Origin: Pseudogymnoascus verrucosus
Taxonomy: Eukaryota
Assembly: GCA_001662655.1 (NCBI GenBank)
Contig: KV460273.1
Strand: one strand, 5' to 3'
DNA length: 64,000 nt
Shown: positions 1 through 11,006 of the stretch, in pieces
Layout: each line of letters starts with the position of its first letter
How positions within the stretch are numbered: the stretch's first letter is position 1
Made by a program: the position numbers and the translations under genes
The notes under the pieces: generated by a model
Databases searched by the model: none
What the model saw: the letters and a program-made list of their open reading frames with translations, nothing else
What the model was told of the DNA's origin: nothing

Positions 1-134
1 GTTAGGTGTTGAGGCTGAAAAACGCGACACTTATTTAACTGGACTTCATCTGCAACCTCACGTAGGATTCGATGGCTAGGCGTGTAGCTACTTGTAGTAA
101 GCTCTTTAATCCACTTTAAAAGTGTCTTTTCTTC
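1..134 (-). mobile_element. Fot1/pogo (Tc1-mariner) transposase relic, CENP-B-type HTH region; continues off the window edge
   Basis: Minus-strand translation from 134 gives EEKTLLKWIKELTTSSYTPSHRILREVADEVQLNKCRVF, which resembles the EE..L..WI..L...GYPP....LRE.A.E pattern of fungal pogo-like transposases. No TIR is seen at the junction. Confidence 0.65.
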
Positions 135-1258
135 AACGGCACCATCATACTGGCGACCCCCGTGGTTAGAAACGACAATGCCTGGACGCCTGCCTTGACT
201 GCTAGCTCAGCATCCTCTATCGATTGAATGCCTAAGAACGATAAGAGTCAGTATGACTCCATCAAAGGCTGTTATAATTAATATATGAAACAGCAAGGCA
301 AACCTTTTAGGACAATAGGGCCATCCCAATGTTCCTTTAAGAACTTAATATCTTCCCACGTGTGGCTGTGGCCCGAGAATACTGTCTTTTCCCATCCCAT
401 ACAGGCATTCTGGAAATCATCCTGGATAGATTTTCCCTTGCCTGGGCCGTCTTTCCATTTTTTCTGAAAGACTGGATCTGAAAGGCAAATAGCGTCGCCA
501 ATTCCAAGGTAAAAAGGAACGGATGCGTTATCTAGGTCTTTTGGCCGCCAGCTGAGAGCCCAGAGATTAAGCGTGACCACGAGTGTTGTAAATCCGGCAC
601 TTTTTGCTCGTGAGAGCATAGAGATCGTGATTTCATTGTCTTTCATTAGGGGGCCAGTACGGCTGGAACCAGCGGGACCCCGAGCGGGACCCCGATCCCG
701 ATGTCTCCGCGATTTCCTCTGGCGTGGTCGAGGACCCAGTTGACATAATGTACGGCACCGAGCAATTGGCAGCTGCCCGTGCGACTGCACATTCTCCCTC
801 GCTAGTATCAGTCGTTAGCCTTGGATAATCCTCTTGGATATGGAATTTTGGGGTTCGCTACTGGTGGAACTGTATCACGCAAATTAGAATTCTGTATCAA
901 CCTCAAGAAACCTAACTTACAATCTTGTTCACGCCCACCGGAGCAACCAGTACAAGGCTAGGATATTTGGACCCAAAGAGCTCAACAGAAAGATCACGGA
1001 TCGTGTTATCTTGGAGCATGCGGGGGATAATCGACCATTTTCGGAAAGCTGCTCTATTGGCATCCATGGTCTCTCCTGCACCAGCAGCTCCCGCGATATA
1101 CCCATAACTACTCGCAGGCAAGGCTTCTTTGGCGGCTTCTTCCCATTTGCGAGGGTTTGTAGTTAAGATTAGCCTATTACCTTTGAGCCCGTCAAGATAT
1201 ATCTTTGTTGATAACTACCATAGTTTGGCTGAGAACTGTGTGACTCGTGATGAGGCAT
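135..1258 (-). pseudogene. FMN-dependent alpha-hydroxy acid oxidase / lactate 2-monooxygenase-like pseudogene, 3'-truncated
   Basis: ATG at 1258. Family motifs YIAGAAG..TM..NR.AF, APVGV, WFQ(P)YWP, PIVLKG and IVVSNHGGRQYDG are present but lie in different frames. One-base frameshifts near 1203, 642 and 181; a 12-bp duplication (TCGGGGTCCCGC x2, about 671-694); an 8-nt microexon at 862-869; homology stops after DGAV at 135. Confidence 0.85.
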
Positions 1259-1683
1259 GATTGTTACTGTTCTACAGACCTGTAGCGATGTGCCCCCGAA
1301 CGAAGGAATATACGACTGTGTTAACTGGGAGATGAAGGTTATGCTAGCACACGCAAAGTGAAAGATGAAATGTGAGAATAATTATATCTGCTTTTATTAA
1401 GCTCGTCGATGAACTTGGTGGAAAGTCATGATAGTCTGTGTCCCACGCATTTCATTTCTACTCAACGTTAATGCTAACACGACGCCCTGGCTGTAAAAGC
1501 TGAGAAACGTAGTGCTTGTGAAAGGTGGCCCCGCCTAGTCTCGCACCCTTGGTGAATCATATTTTTATATTCGGTATCAAAGTAAATATTTCATGCCGTC
1601 GCAGTATTACTTACCTAGATGGGTTTGTTCCGGTTGCTGGGGTGAACCACGTCTGTAATCCGTAGAATGGCTCTGCGACCCTA

Positions 1684-1766
1684 ACAAGGGTCGACAGTTC
1701 AAGGAACGGCTCTGCCTTAACTGCAATAAACTAGGCCATTTGACTAGAGACCGGAAGCAGTTTTAA
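1684..1766 (+). mobile_element. Degenerate retrotransposon Gag zinc-knuckle relic
   Basis: Translates as KGRQFKERLCLNCNKLGHLTRDRKQF*, matching C-x2-C-x4-H-x4-(C>R). It is isolated, with no LTR or pol nearby. Confidence 0.55.
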
Positions 1767-2046
1767 AAATAAAACGGCAGACAAAAGTTTGTTAACTAAT
1801 TTATGATGGAATCACTATGTATACATAGATTATTACTAAGACCGACGTTCCAACTTCCTCTCCTCCCTCTAAACGCCTTCGCTCAGTAAAAAACCCAGGC
1901 AAGTTATTGCGTTACCCATATACACACACACCACCAACTTCATGATAACCGTTGCTTCAAATACGACATATATTTAACCCCTTTTCAGTACAACCCCCCC
2001 AACTGCGCCCCTACCCCAACTTGAGTATCATTTCATCCGCCAACCG

Positions 2047-5000
2047 TCAAGAAAGTAAATTCTGGAGTGAAGGACTGGCACTCGCGCCACCGTTCACCCG
2101 ACGACTAGGAGCATTGTTCCCATTGTGATTTATAGGTTCACGACTGATTTGAGGGCCATCCCGACGTGCCTGCGGGCTCTCATGGGGCCCGCCAAACGCT
2201 TGACGATACGGCGAGTGAGTTCCATGTGGGAATGAAATTTCCAAAGCTCGTGGGGGAGGACCTCCGTTGGTTAAGTGTTGCGGGGGTGACGGTGCGTACG
2301 GCGCGTACACGCCATGCTGTATCGGATGAATACCAGCGGCAGATTTATGTGGCGATGAGGGATAGCTGCTATTTGCTACTAAAGGCAATGATCCGTTTAC
2401 ATGTGGTGATCGTGGAATTATCGCGCCTGGTTGACGTGCCTGTGTCTGACCGGGTAGGTGCTGGCTGATTATCGGAGGCCCTCTCGGCGAGTGAGAGCCG
2501 TTACTGTACTGCCTTAGGGCGATATTTGAATTCTGAGAGGCCGGGGATGCGCGGGACCAGTCCCCGTAACCGCTCGTTGGTGGATATGCCGAATGGCCCC
2601 ACGGATAGCGAGATCCCGAGTGCATATGGGTTGGTGGCACAGGAGGGCTCGCTAGCGTTGACGAGGCAGACACAGGTATAGAAGGCGGTAGGCGTGGCTG
2701 GGGTGCATCGTTATCCACCTTTGGAGCTGGTATGGCTGGCGAAGTTTGGGGCTTCTGAACTTTATTCCAATGACACTTGTGGCACTGGAAAAGCTCCGGA
2801 ACATTGTTGGGCGGCCTCTCGCACAATGCGGCCGCAGCCAAAGCAACCTGCTGCTTAGGGTTACTTCCCAAAATGGCGTTGCCCAGGTCCTTGGAAATAT
2901 CATCTAGTTGATTATTGGAGGGGCGGTGTTCATAAAGCTGTTTCAATGGCCCAGGCCTCGTAACGGGCAGTGCTGGATATGGCCACCACTTTGGACTCAC
3001 ATCAACCCCACAAGTATCACATACTTTCGCGGGCGATTTGAGGTACGTGGGAGCCTCGAGTGCCTCAGCAGTGCTCGTAGTTTGCGTGTCTTCAGGTTTA
3101 ATATTCGAAATAGAGCCTCTGCCGCTGCTGCTTATAACGGTTGTAGAAGCTCGGCGGTTGGATACCGTCGAGGAAGAAATGGGAACTGCAGATATCTTGG
3201 TTGATTGATTGACCAGCGTCGCTTTGCGTACAGTCCCTGTTAATGCTAGANNAGGGCAGTGGTCCTTGCACCAAACCGCAGCTGTCATGGCACCCGATTC
3301 GCCATTGATGTTCACAATGTTTACATGATCTCTGCGAGAGCCTTTGACAGGTGATATATCAAAGCCCAAGACATACCCTGCCTGATGGGAACACTCTACA
3401 TGGACTATTGCTAGTTAGCACAGCGATAAAAAACTAGAGGAATTGCTTACCAGGAGCCCGGCACGACAGGCAAGCCACACAGGCCCCGTTATTAGTTTTA
3501 CATATCTTACAAGTCTCGTCATACCTAGCGGAAGGAATTGAAGGGATCCCCTCAGAGCGTTCTAAGGCCTTGCCTTGGCCAAATTTGACTTCTGGTGTCC
3601 AAACTGCACAGGTAACATGGACCCAGTTGTTGTTTGCTGTTCTTTTCAAAGGTTCTCTTGGAATAATCGGACGGTTCATCTCCTCTTGCTTTTTCCTGTA
3701 AAACTCAGCCGCTTTGATTGCAAGTTCTCTCTCCACGCGGTCCTTTTCCCGGTCTTTGTCGTTCTTTTTCTTGTGCGAGGGTTTTATAGGCTCCAAAAAG
3801 TCCTGCGGTGTTGATTCGATAGGGCACAACATGCATTTATATTGCTTTAACTAGTTAGTAAATAGGCACAGCAGGAGGTCCGGTGGTGTAACTTACAATA
3901 GAAACTTGTGGATTTCGGTCATTTGAGCACATATCGCAGGTCCATTTGGCTGATCCCCGAGAGTCCGCGGCCACACCATAACAATTTCGGTGCACGGTCA
4001 TTCGACACTCTCTACAGGAGAGACGTTGGCCTGCCGGCTCCATCTGCAAACAAATTGCGCAGGGAAGAGATTTTTGTTTAGGAATTTCCGGGACAGGCGG
4101 TGGAGCAGGTGGTTTTTCTGGCGCTTTCTTCTTCTGCTGGGCAAGCGCAGGCCCAGAGCCAGGATCGTGTGGTGCCGAATCAGTCTGGTCTCTTTCGCTA
4201 TTGCTCTTTGGTTTTTTTCGCGGGGCCTCCTGGACTGCTGCTACCAGAGAAGCAGCCTGGGGCGCAGGAGTTCCATTTGAAGGAGTGTTGGCCGTATCTG
4301 TATTATTCGCCGTCCAACTGAGGTCGCTCAGATGGAATTCCCTCAATGGATCCTCTGCCTTCCGCTTATTAGACCGACCACCTTGGGAAGCTTTCTTGCC
4401 ATGGTCATCTGTGTCTTCCCATTGCACCGCATACCTTCGCCATATCACCGCGCAGCTGAGGCAAAGGGCTACGGTCAATTGCGTATTGTTGTCCTTGCCA
4501 ACTACTTTGTTTGTCGGGTCAGCTGCTACGGTGGTTCCAGCTGGTGTCCCAGGAGCGCGCTTCCATTGCCGAGAGTTGCGCGTCGAACAGAATTTACATT
4601 GAAAGCCTCGTTTCTTTTCCTTGGCCTTCTCGTTGTCGAAAGCTGAATCGTCTTGGTCATCAGCAACGTCATCTTGTAACTTGCCCGCGTTAACTTCAAC
4701 CTTCTTAGCCTCCTTTTTCCCTTTTCGGCCCGCGTAATTGCCCCAAACCTGCTTTCCACGCTCGGTTTTCTTCCAGATGTAATAGAACCGAACTATATTC
4801 GCAGCGCTGACGGTTTTAACATGCTTTTTTACGCTATGCAGCTCGGAGCCAAATTTGGCTACGCCATCCTCAAACTTTTTAACCTCTGTCGGTGTCAGGT
4901 CGGGTTCTTTGAGATCCTTTCTTTCCACCTTAGCCAGTTCTTTCAACGCCCGATCAACATCGAAACTTGCAGAGTTAAGTATACTCAATGCTTTATCCAA

Positions 5001-7221
5001 GAAGTTCACCGAGTAGGCCCTGACGCCAATTTGCTTGGCAATATCTTCGCTGCTCTTGAGATACGCGTCAATCAATGCCTCATTGTCGCCGGTTTTTGCC
5101 ACGTCTTCAGTTGCCTCGGGTTGGAAGAGTAACTCAGCCGTGCTATTCGAACTTCCTCTGGCATGGTCCTCTCCTCGATGGACGTACCCATGGGGTTCGT
5201 CCATGACCCATTTGGGCCGCGTTTCCCTCGCTAGTTTTTCTGCTTCGAGCGCGATGATAGTTTCCTTGGAAAGCTTCGCATCTTTCTTATGGCTTCCCCC
5301 CTTCATATACTTTCTTTTGACCTCAATTGGTTTAACAAGTTGTATGGGCCTGCCAGGCCAGGTCGGTACATTTGCCTGGTGTCGTGGCCCGAGGCGAGAG
5401 CTTGCACGGGGATAGATGCGATCGTCGTAATCCAATGCATCCTCGACCTTGCAATGCACCCCTAGATAACGGAAGGGCCATAAACTTGCTTGATAAATCT
5501 GTTCCTCAGTGCCAGGGTGAATCGGTACATCATCTTCCACTGATCCAACAGGACTGCTGCTGCCCGTGCTTCTTTCAGTGCCATGAAGTAATAAATCTTC
5601 ATCTTCATCGTCCATCATTTCATCGTCTTCAGCATCGGCGCCTGTATCCGCAACATTGGGGGTATTCCTTGCCTCCAACTTTCGCTCTTGGGCGCGACTG
5701 CAAGGGCCACATGCCCAAGCAAACCCGCGCGATGGTTTCTTCAGCAATGGCGGCCGTACACAATTCATATGGTATGTCTGATGGCAGACTGCACAATCGA
5801 CGGAATTGTTACTATGCATTATTAGTTATAGCAACCTGGTTTACCGGTCTTTAAAACATACCTTGCACAGAACCCATTACACCTCTTACACGACTTGACC
5901 GCACTGGTCAATTCTTTCCCCCTCCCAGATTCTACCAGTATAAACTTCCATCGATCATCAAGAACCGTCTTCACCTTGGCCGGGACATTTACTACCTGTC
6001 GTGTAGGTATTACCTCGTAATATCGGTGGATATATCGGTCGAAGAGTTTTTCGTACCAGAAACAATTCTGCGTCCTCCTGTACTCGTCCATATTCTCCAC
6101 CTCTGTTTTGTGCTTTATTTGGCACAGTCCACGGAGGGCGGTCAGAGGGCTGATATCAGAGTGCATGGACGCGAATACCTGTCGCGTATCATTCACCTTT
6201 CGTCCGATATCCTTTGGTCGATAATACCAGTTCATTCTCACGGCATCAACAGGCTTCGTGGAGTCATTACTCATGTGGAGAAACTCCATGATTCGTCCGA
6301 GGTAATAGGGCTCTCCAGGAGGCTCGCATACCAGATAAACATGGTCTATTGTGAAATTAGCTACGCACTTAAAAAATGCCTAAGAACTTTGCATGATGAA
6401 CTGTACAGCTACTTACCATTTATGCCCAACGTTGTGCCATCGTCAGCGATGAGCTTGCCATTTTGGAGGCGCGCCCCGCAATTATCGAAGCTCAGCATAA
6501 ATGACTCTTTATATGCCTGGGAATTCTGCGGTAAAGTTCCTTTTCCCGTTGCCGTGGCCATGCCCATGTTTCCAGTGGTGTGATTGCCATTCGGAATACT
6601 CGATGTCGGGTTTGTAGTAGCTTTGCGCTTTTTGGAAGGTTGCGTCGGATTAGCCCCCGGAATGTTGGCTGAAAAGGTCGAGGTTCCTGGTATATGGTCT
6701 TTTGGCACCAGCTGCGCAGCGCTGTTCGGATCCGGCACTGTCCCAGTTGTTTTTCGACCGGTTGCTCCTGAAGCGGCAGATTCCAACACGTTTGGTCGAG
6801 CGTCCAAAGAACGAGCAGATTTCCGGGCATCATCTTCCTTTACAGGAGGCTGAATCTCAAACTCCATATCCATCTCTTTATCTTCTGCGTAGTTTGGTCG
6901 AGACACGCCCGCCCTGTTTCGGGATCGCGTGCCGTAAGGCGCGGCGGCTGAAGCCGCATCTTTCGGCGGCGGACTTGATGATGAAGCTGGAGGCGCAGTT
7001 ATCTGCGGCGGAGGTGGATTTGTATGCGCCTTGGCTACTGTGTTAGAGGCGTCGGAGCTATCTAGAGGTATGGCAGCGCTGGACGGCGCACTTTCGATGG
7101 GTTCGGTGGATTGTTTTTGTGGTCTCCCAGAGCTATCGCTATCCGCGCCACCGACTGCTGCGGGGGGATGCGAAGGAGTCTCCATTCCGATTTGACTGTC
7201 GTCCGGGTTAGACACAGACAT
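2047..7221 (-). CDS. SNT2: Snt2 chromatin-associated E3 ligase (BAH, PHD, ELM2, SANT, PHD, ePHD)
   Basis: ORFs 6409-7221, 5822-6289, 3855-5819, 3434-3832 and 2047-3369 are joined by GT-AG introns (e.g. 6346-6416, 5812-5861). Motifs include BAH WYYRPKDI, PHD YHMNCVRPPL..W.C..C, ELM2 RLGPRHQA, SANT FEDGVAKFG and WVHVTCAVW. Confidence 0.92.
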
Positions 7222-8191
7222 AGCTGCGTCCTTGTCGTCGCCGCTTGTCGTTGTGTGCAGTGTGGAGGCCGGTTGCCTCTCCCATCAAGAGTTGCACTTT
7301 AATCCCTTTTAGCGTCTCTGTGACTGTATAAAATTCGGCCCATCAGGTTTAAATATCAGTGTTGAGCGCGACTTTGGTGAAAGATGCTCCAAGAAGTGGT
7401 TGTGGCGTAGTAATTGAGCAAACTACGTTGTTCCCTTCCTCATCCAACATAAACAGCATAGGATATGGCGGCTGTAGCAATGGGGCCAGATGCAGAATCT
7501 ATGTATCTTTTGGTGTCTGAATAGCTTCACGTATGAGCACAAATGGGCGAGTGGTGTTAAGATGTGGGCGCGAAGAGATTCGCGACTACAACAAAGGAAC
7601 GGATGTCCGTGTGGAATGGAGTCAGACAAGGAAGGAGAGTGAAAGACAATGTAGTGAGTGTCTGAGGAACGAGACGAGACGAGACGATGCGGCCGGCGAT
7701 GCCTCGCTAAACCAGGCTGGCTGGCTAAGATGGCTCCAAACCTTACCATCGGAGTGAGATGGCCTCTCATTGGGTGCAGCTTAGTATTTTTACTCCTGTA
7801 TCAACATTCGTGTGTACAATAAACGATCGAATGATATAAATATCGGTAGAAATATTCGACAAAGTAAACTACAGACCTAATCTGAGAGGTTGCTGAGGGC
7901 ACGCATACAATTTGTTATAGTAATAGTAATCTTATGGCCAGCCTTTATTTTTACTCGGGCAGTATGATAAGAGTGAGTGAGTGAGTGAGTTGAGTCTAGT
8001 TGTAAAATGTAATTCAACAGAGAATGATCCAAAGCCGGGATCCGAGAAACAAAGCCAGCCTATGCTTACGGGTAATCCATTGGGATCCGTGGCCGTTGTG
8101 AGCCAGAATTTCAGTTGTTTCGTCGTCGTCACACTGGGGGCAGGCTAGGCTGTAGTGGAGTTGTTGGTATTGCGGATTTGGCGAGGTATGC

Positions 8192-8350
8192 NNNNNNNNN
8201 NNNNNNNNNNNNNNNNNNNNNNNNNNNNNNNNNNNNNNNNNNNNNNNNNNNNNNNNNNNNNNNNNNNNNNNNNNNNNNNNNNNNNNNNNNNNNNNNNNNN
8301 NNNNNNNNNNNNNNNNNNNNNNNNNNNNNNNNNNNNNNNNNNNNNNNNNN
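8192..8350. other. Assembly gap (159 N)
   Basis: Run of N. Confidence 1.
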
Positions 8351-9013
8351 TATTATGAACAGTATTATGAAACAAAGGCCTTCGCAAGGTTGAGGCGTTT
8401 TGTGTTCTCTTGGCAACAATTAACCGGTTTTTGCTAGTACAAATAGAGTACTCCATCTCCATACCATCAGTTCTTATTAAAACCCCCAGGCAGGCCCCAT
8501 TGGGGAATAATCGTCGGATCTGAGGATTACACAGAACGCAGAGCAGAGGCGCGTAACTAGTTGCACGATAGACGGGGACTCGTTCGCAGCTCATGGAGTA
8601 CAATTGTTCGAGTAGTGCGAGTAGTTGATACAATTGTTCCAGTACAGTATCGCAGAACACGATGAATGACCGGAGAGAGAGAAGCAGTATGGGAAATTCT
8701 AGGGACGGATTCCCGTGTCTAAATACAGTCCTGGCGGAGACTGCTCAATCTGCAAGGACAAGGGCCGCACTCGAGTATGCGCGTGCGCGTACTGTACAAA
8801 TACAATATTGGTAATAGACAGTAATCCGGGGACTGCTTTTACGAAAGCTTCTTTTTATCGCCAGTCATTCGGCCGTAGTCGCGTAGTCGCGTTGTCGCGT
8901 TGTCACGTAGTCGCATGGCGACATTTTGATTGTTCATCATACCTTATATATTAGGTATGAACACTTGATGAACAACTAACTAGCTTTGCGAACATTTGAA
9001 TGATTACGGAAGG

Positions 9014-9345
9014 ATTGATAAAGTTGATAAAGTTGATAAAGACGATTAGAGGAAAGGTACTTGGAGCATGGTTTGCAGTCGTTTTGCAGTCGTTTTGCAG
9101 TCGTTTGGCTGTCGTGACTGCAAACTGGCTGCTGAGGCATGCTGAGGCATGCTTTGGCATACACAGTAAAGTACATAAGGCAGAGTAACAAGGCGGGGCA
9201 GCTGCTCTGTCATCGATGTCCAAACCTTATGTAAGGCGGGGCACACGCCAGCCAGTTACCCCACTACACCTACTTCAACCACTTCGACTGGGTAGAAAGA
9301 CAAGAAACGGACAAGAAAAGGACAAGAAAAGGACAACACGGACAA
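9014..9345. repeat. Short tandem minisatellites in the SNT2/flavodoxin intergenic region
   Basis: (TGATAAAGT)x~3, (TTTGCAGTCGT)x3, (GCTGAGGCAT)x2 and GGACAAGAAA-like x~3. Confidence 0.8.
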
Positions 9346-9747
9346 CGGGATTATGTACTGTAACACTACTACTCTAGGCGTGTACCTTCCTTGGCTTAGG
9401 AACAAAGTCCATGTACGGCCGGCCATATTGTGCTACCCGTATTATACGTATTATACCCCGGTATACCCTACTATAACTAGATAAAATATGTATGATGTGC
9501 ACAATCTGATTGCATTTCCCATTACATCACACCATCCCTCCCTCCTCTCTCCCTCTCCCCTCACCTCCCACCCACCCACCCACCCACACCCCCTGGAGCC
9601 ACTGTGTACTGCTGTGCTCTTACCCTCTGCTCTGTATATAACCTTCCCGAATGCCCCTCCTCTAGTCTATCTTTCTTGACAACAACCCACTTCACCCATA
9701 ACCCAAAACTCAAACCCAACCTACAAACTACAACAGCACTCTTCATC

Positions 9748-10564
9748 ATGGCGCCAAAAGTAGCAATCGTCTTCGTAAGCTCTCTCTTCTCTTCACTTCG
9801 AGTTCAATCGTCTTTTGGGCTTCCCCGACTAACCCCGCACCTTTCTAGTATTCCATGTATGGTCACATACACAAGCTGGCCCTTGCCGAGCAGGAGGGTC
9901 TGAAGAAGGCTGGCATCAATGCCGACCTCTACCAGTAAGGATAACACCACCACTCTCCTGGTTGAAGCCATCGTTTAACGAGCAATGCACTAACTTACTT
10001 ACTTCTCCAGAGTCCCCGAGACGCTGCCACAGGAAGTCTTGACGAAGATGTATGCTCCAGCCAAGCCAGACGTGCCCGTAATCACACCCGAGATTCTCGA
10101 GACCTATGATGCATTCCTCCTTGGTATCCCCACTCGTTACGGAAACTTCCCAGCACAGTGGAAGGCCTTCTGGGATGCCACCGGAAAGCTTTGGGCAACT
10201 GGCGGACTTTGGGGTAAGTATGCGGGTGTATTCGTTTCCACCGCAGGACCTGGTGGCGGACAGGAGACCACGGCCATCTCCTCCCTGTCCACACTTACGC
10301 ACCACGGAATTATCTACGTTCCTCTCGGATACAAGCCGGCGTTTGCACAGATTTCGAACTTGGAGGAGGTCCATGGAGGCTCCCCATGGGGTGCTGGAAC
10401 CTATGCGGTAAGAAAGGATTCCTATGATATGTTTGTTTGAAGTTGGAAGCTGACAGACGAACCAGGCATCCGATGGATCCAGGCAGCCAACAGCGCTGGA
10501 GCTGGAGCTTGCAACCATCCAAGGCGAGAGCTTTGGAGCTACGCTCAACAAGATCAACTTCTAA
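9748..10564 (+). CDS. Flavodoxin-like NAD(P)H:quinone oxidoreductase (WrbA/Pst2/Ycp4 family)
   Basis: Exons 9748-9774, 9849-9934, 10011-10407 and 10466-10564. Motifs [29 protein letters not shown] and GGSPWGAG. Confidence 0.93.
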
Positions 10565-11006
10565 TTACGAAGTGTCTCTTCTAAAATAACAGTCAGACAG
10601 GGTAAGATCTACCATCGACCTGTCAAGACAGTGGAACGAAAGTGGATTGGGTTTACAGCCCATCATATCTGGCTGGAAGAACAATGGAAGTTGCTCCTGT
10701 GTTTCGCAGATTACATGTTCTAGTCTCTCAAGAAACAGTTTGCCGGGATTCACTTGAGTATCTGTATTTCTTCGCTGTGAATGTATGTTTTTATTGATGT
10801 AGTGATATTTAAGTTGTGCTGACTGCAGAGAGCGGCGACCTTGGTAGGTAACAAACGCGATGGCAACAACCCCACCATGCCCGAAATAGACTAGTGTAAT
10901 CGATGTGAAGGCAGCATTTTCAACCCCTTATTCAGTCATCCTGGAAACCCTAAAAAGGGATACAACTATGAGTGCAGGCGAAGGTCGATAAATCAAACAC
11001 TCGCTC

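Noticed and set aside
1606..1620. TACTTACCT resembling the U1 snRNA 5' end
   Set aside because: No U1-70K loop, U1A loop or Sm site follows; more likely chance or a minus-strand donor-like sequence.
3251..3252. X in the SNT2 ORF as a possible lesion
   Set aside because: Two ambiguous bases only; the frame is preserved.
7222..9747. SNT2 and quinone reductase as a co-regulated oxidative-stress pair
   Set aside because: They are 2.5 kb apart with a gap between them, and I found no Yap1-type site; adjacency alone is not evidence.
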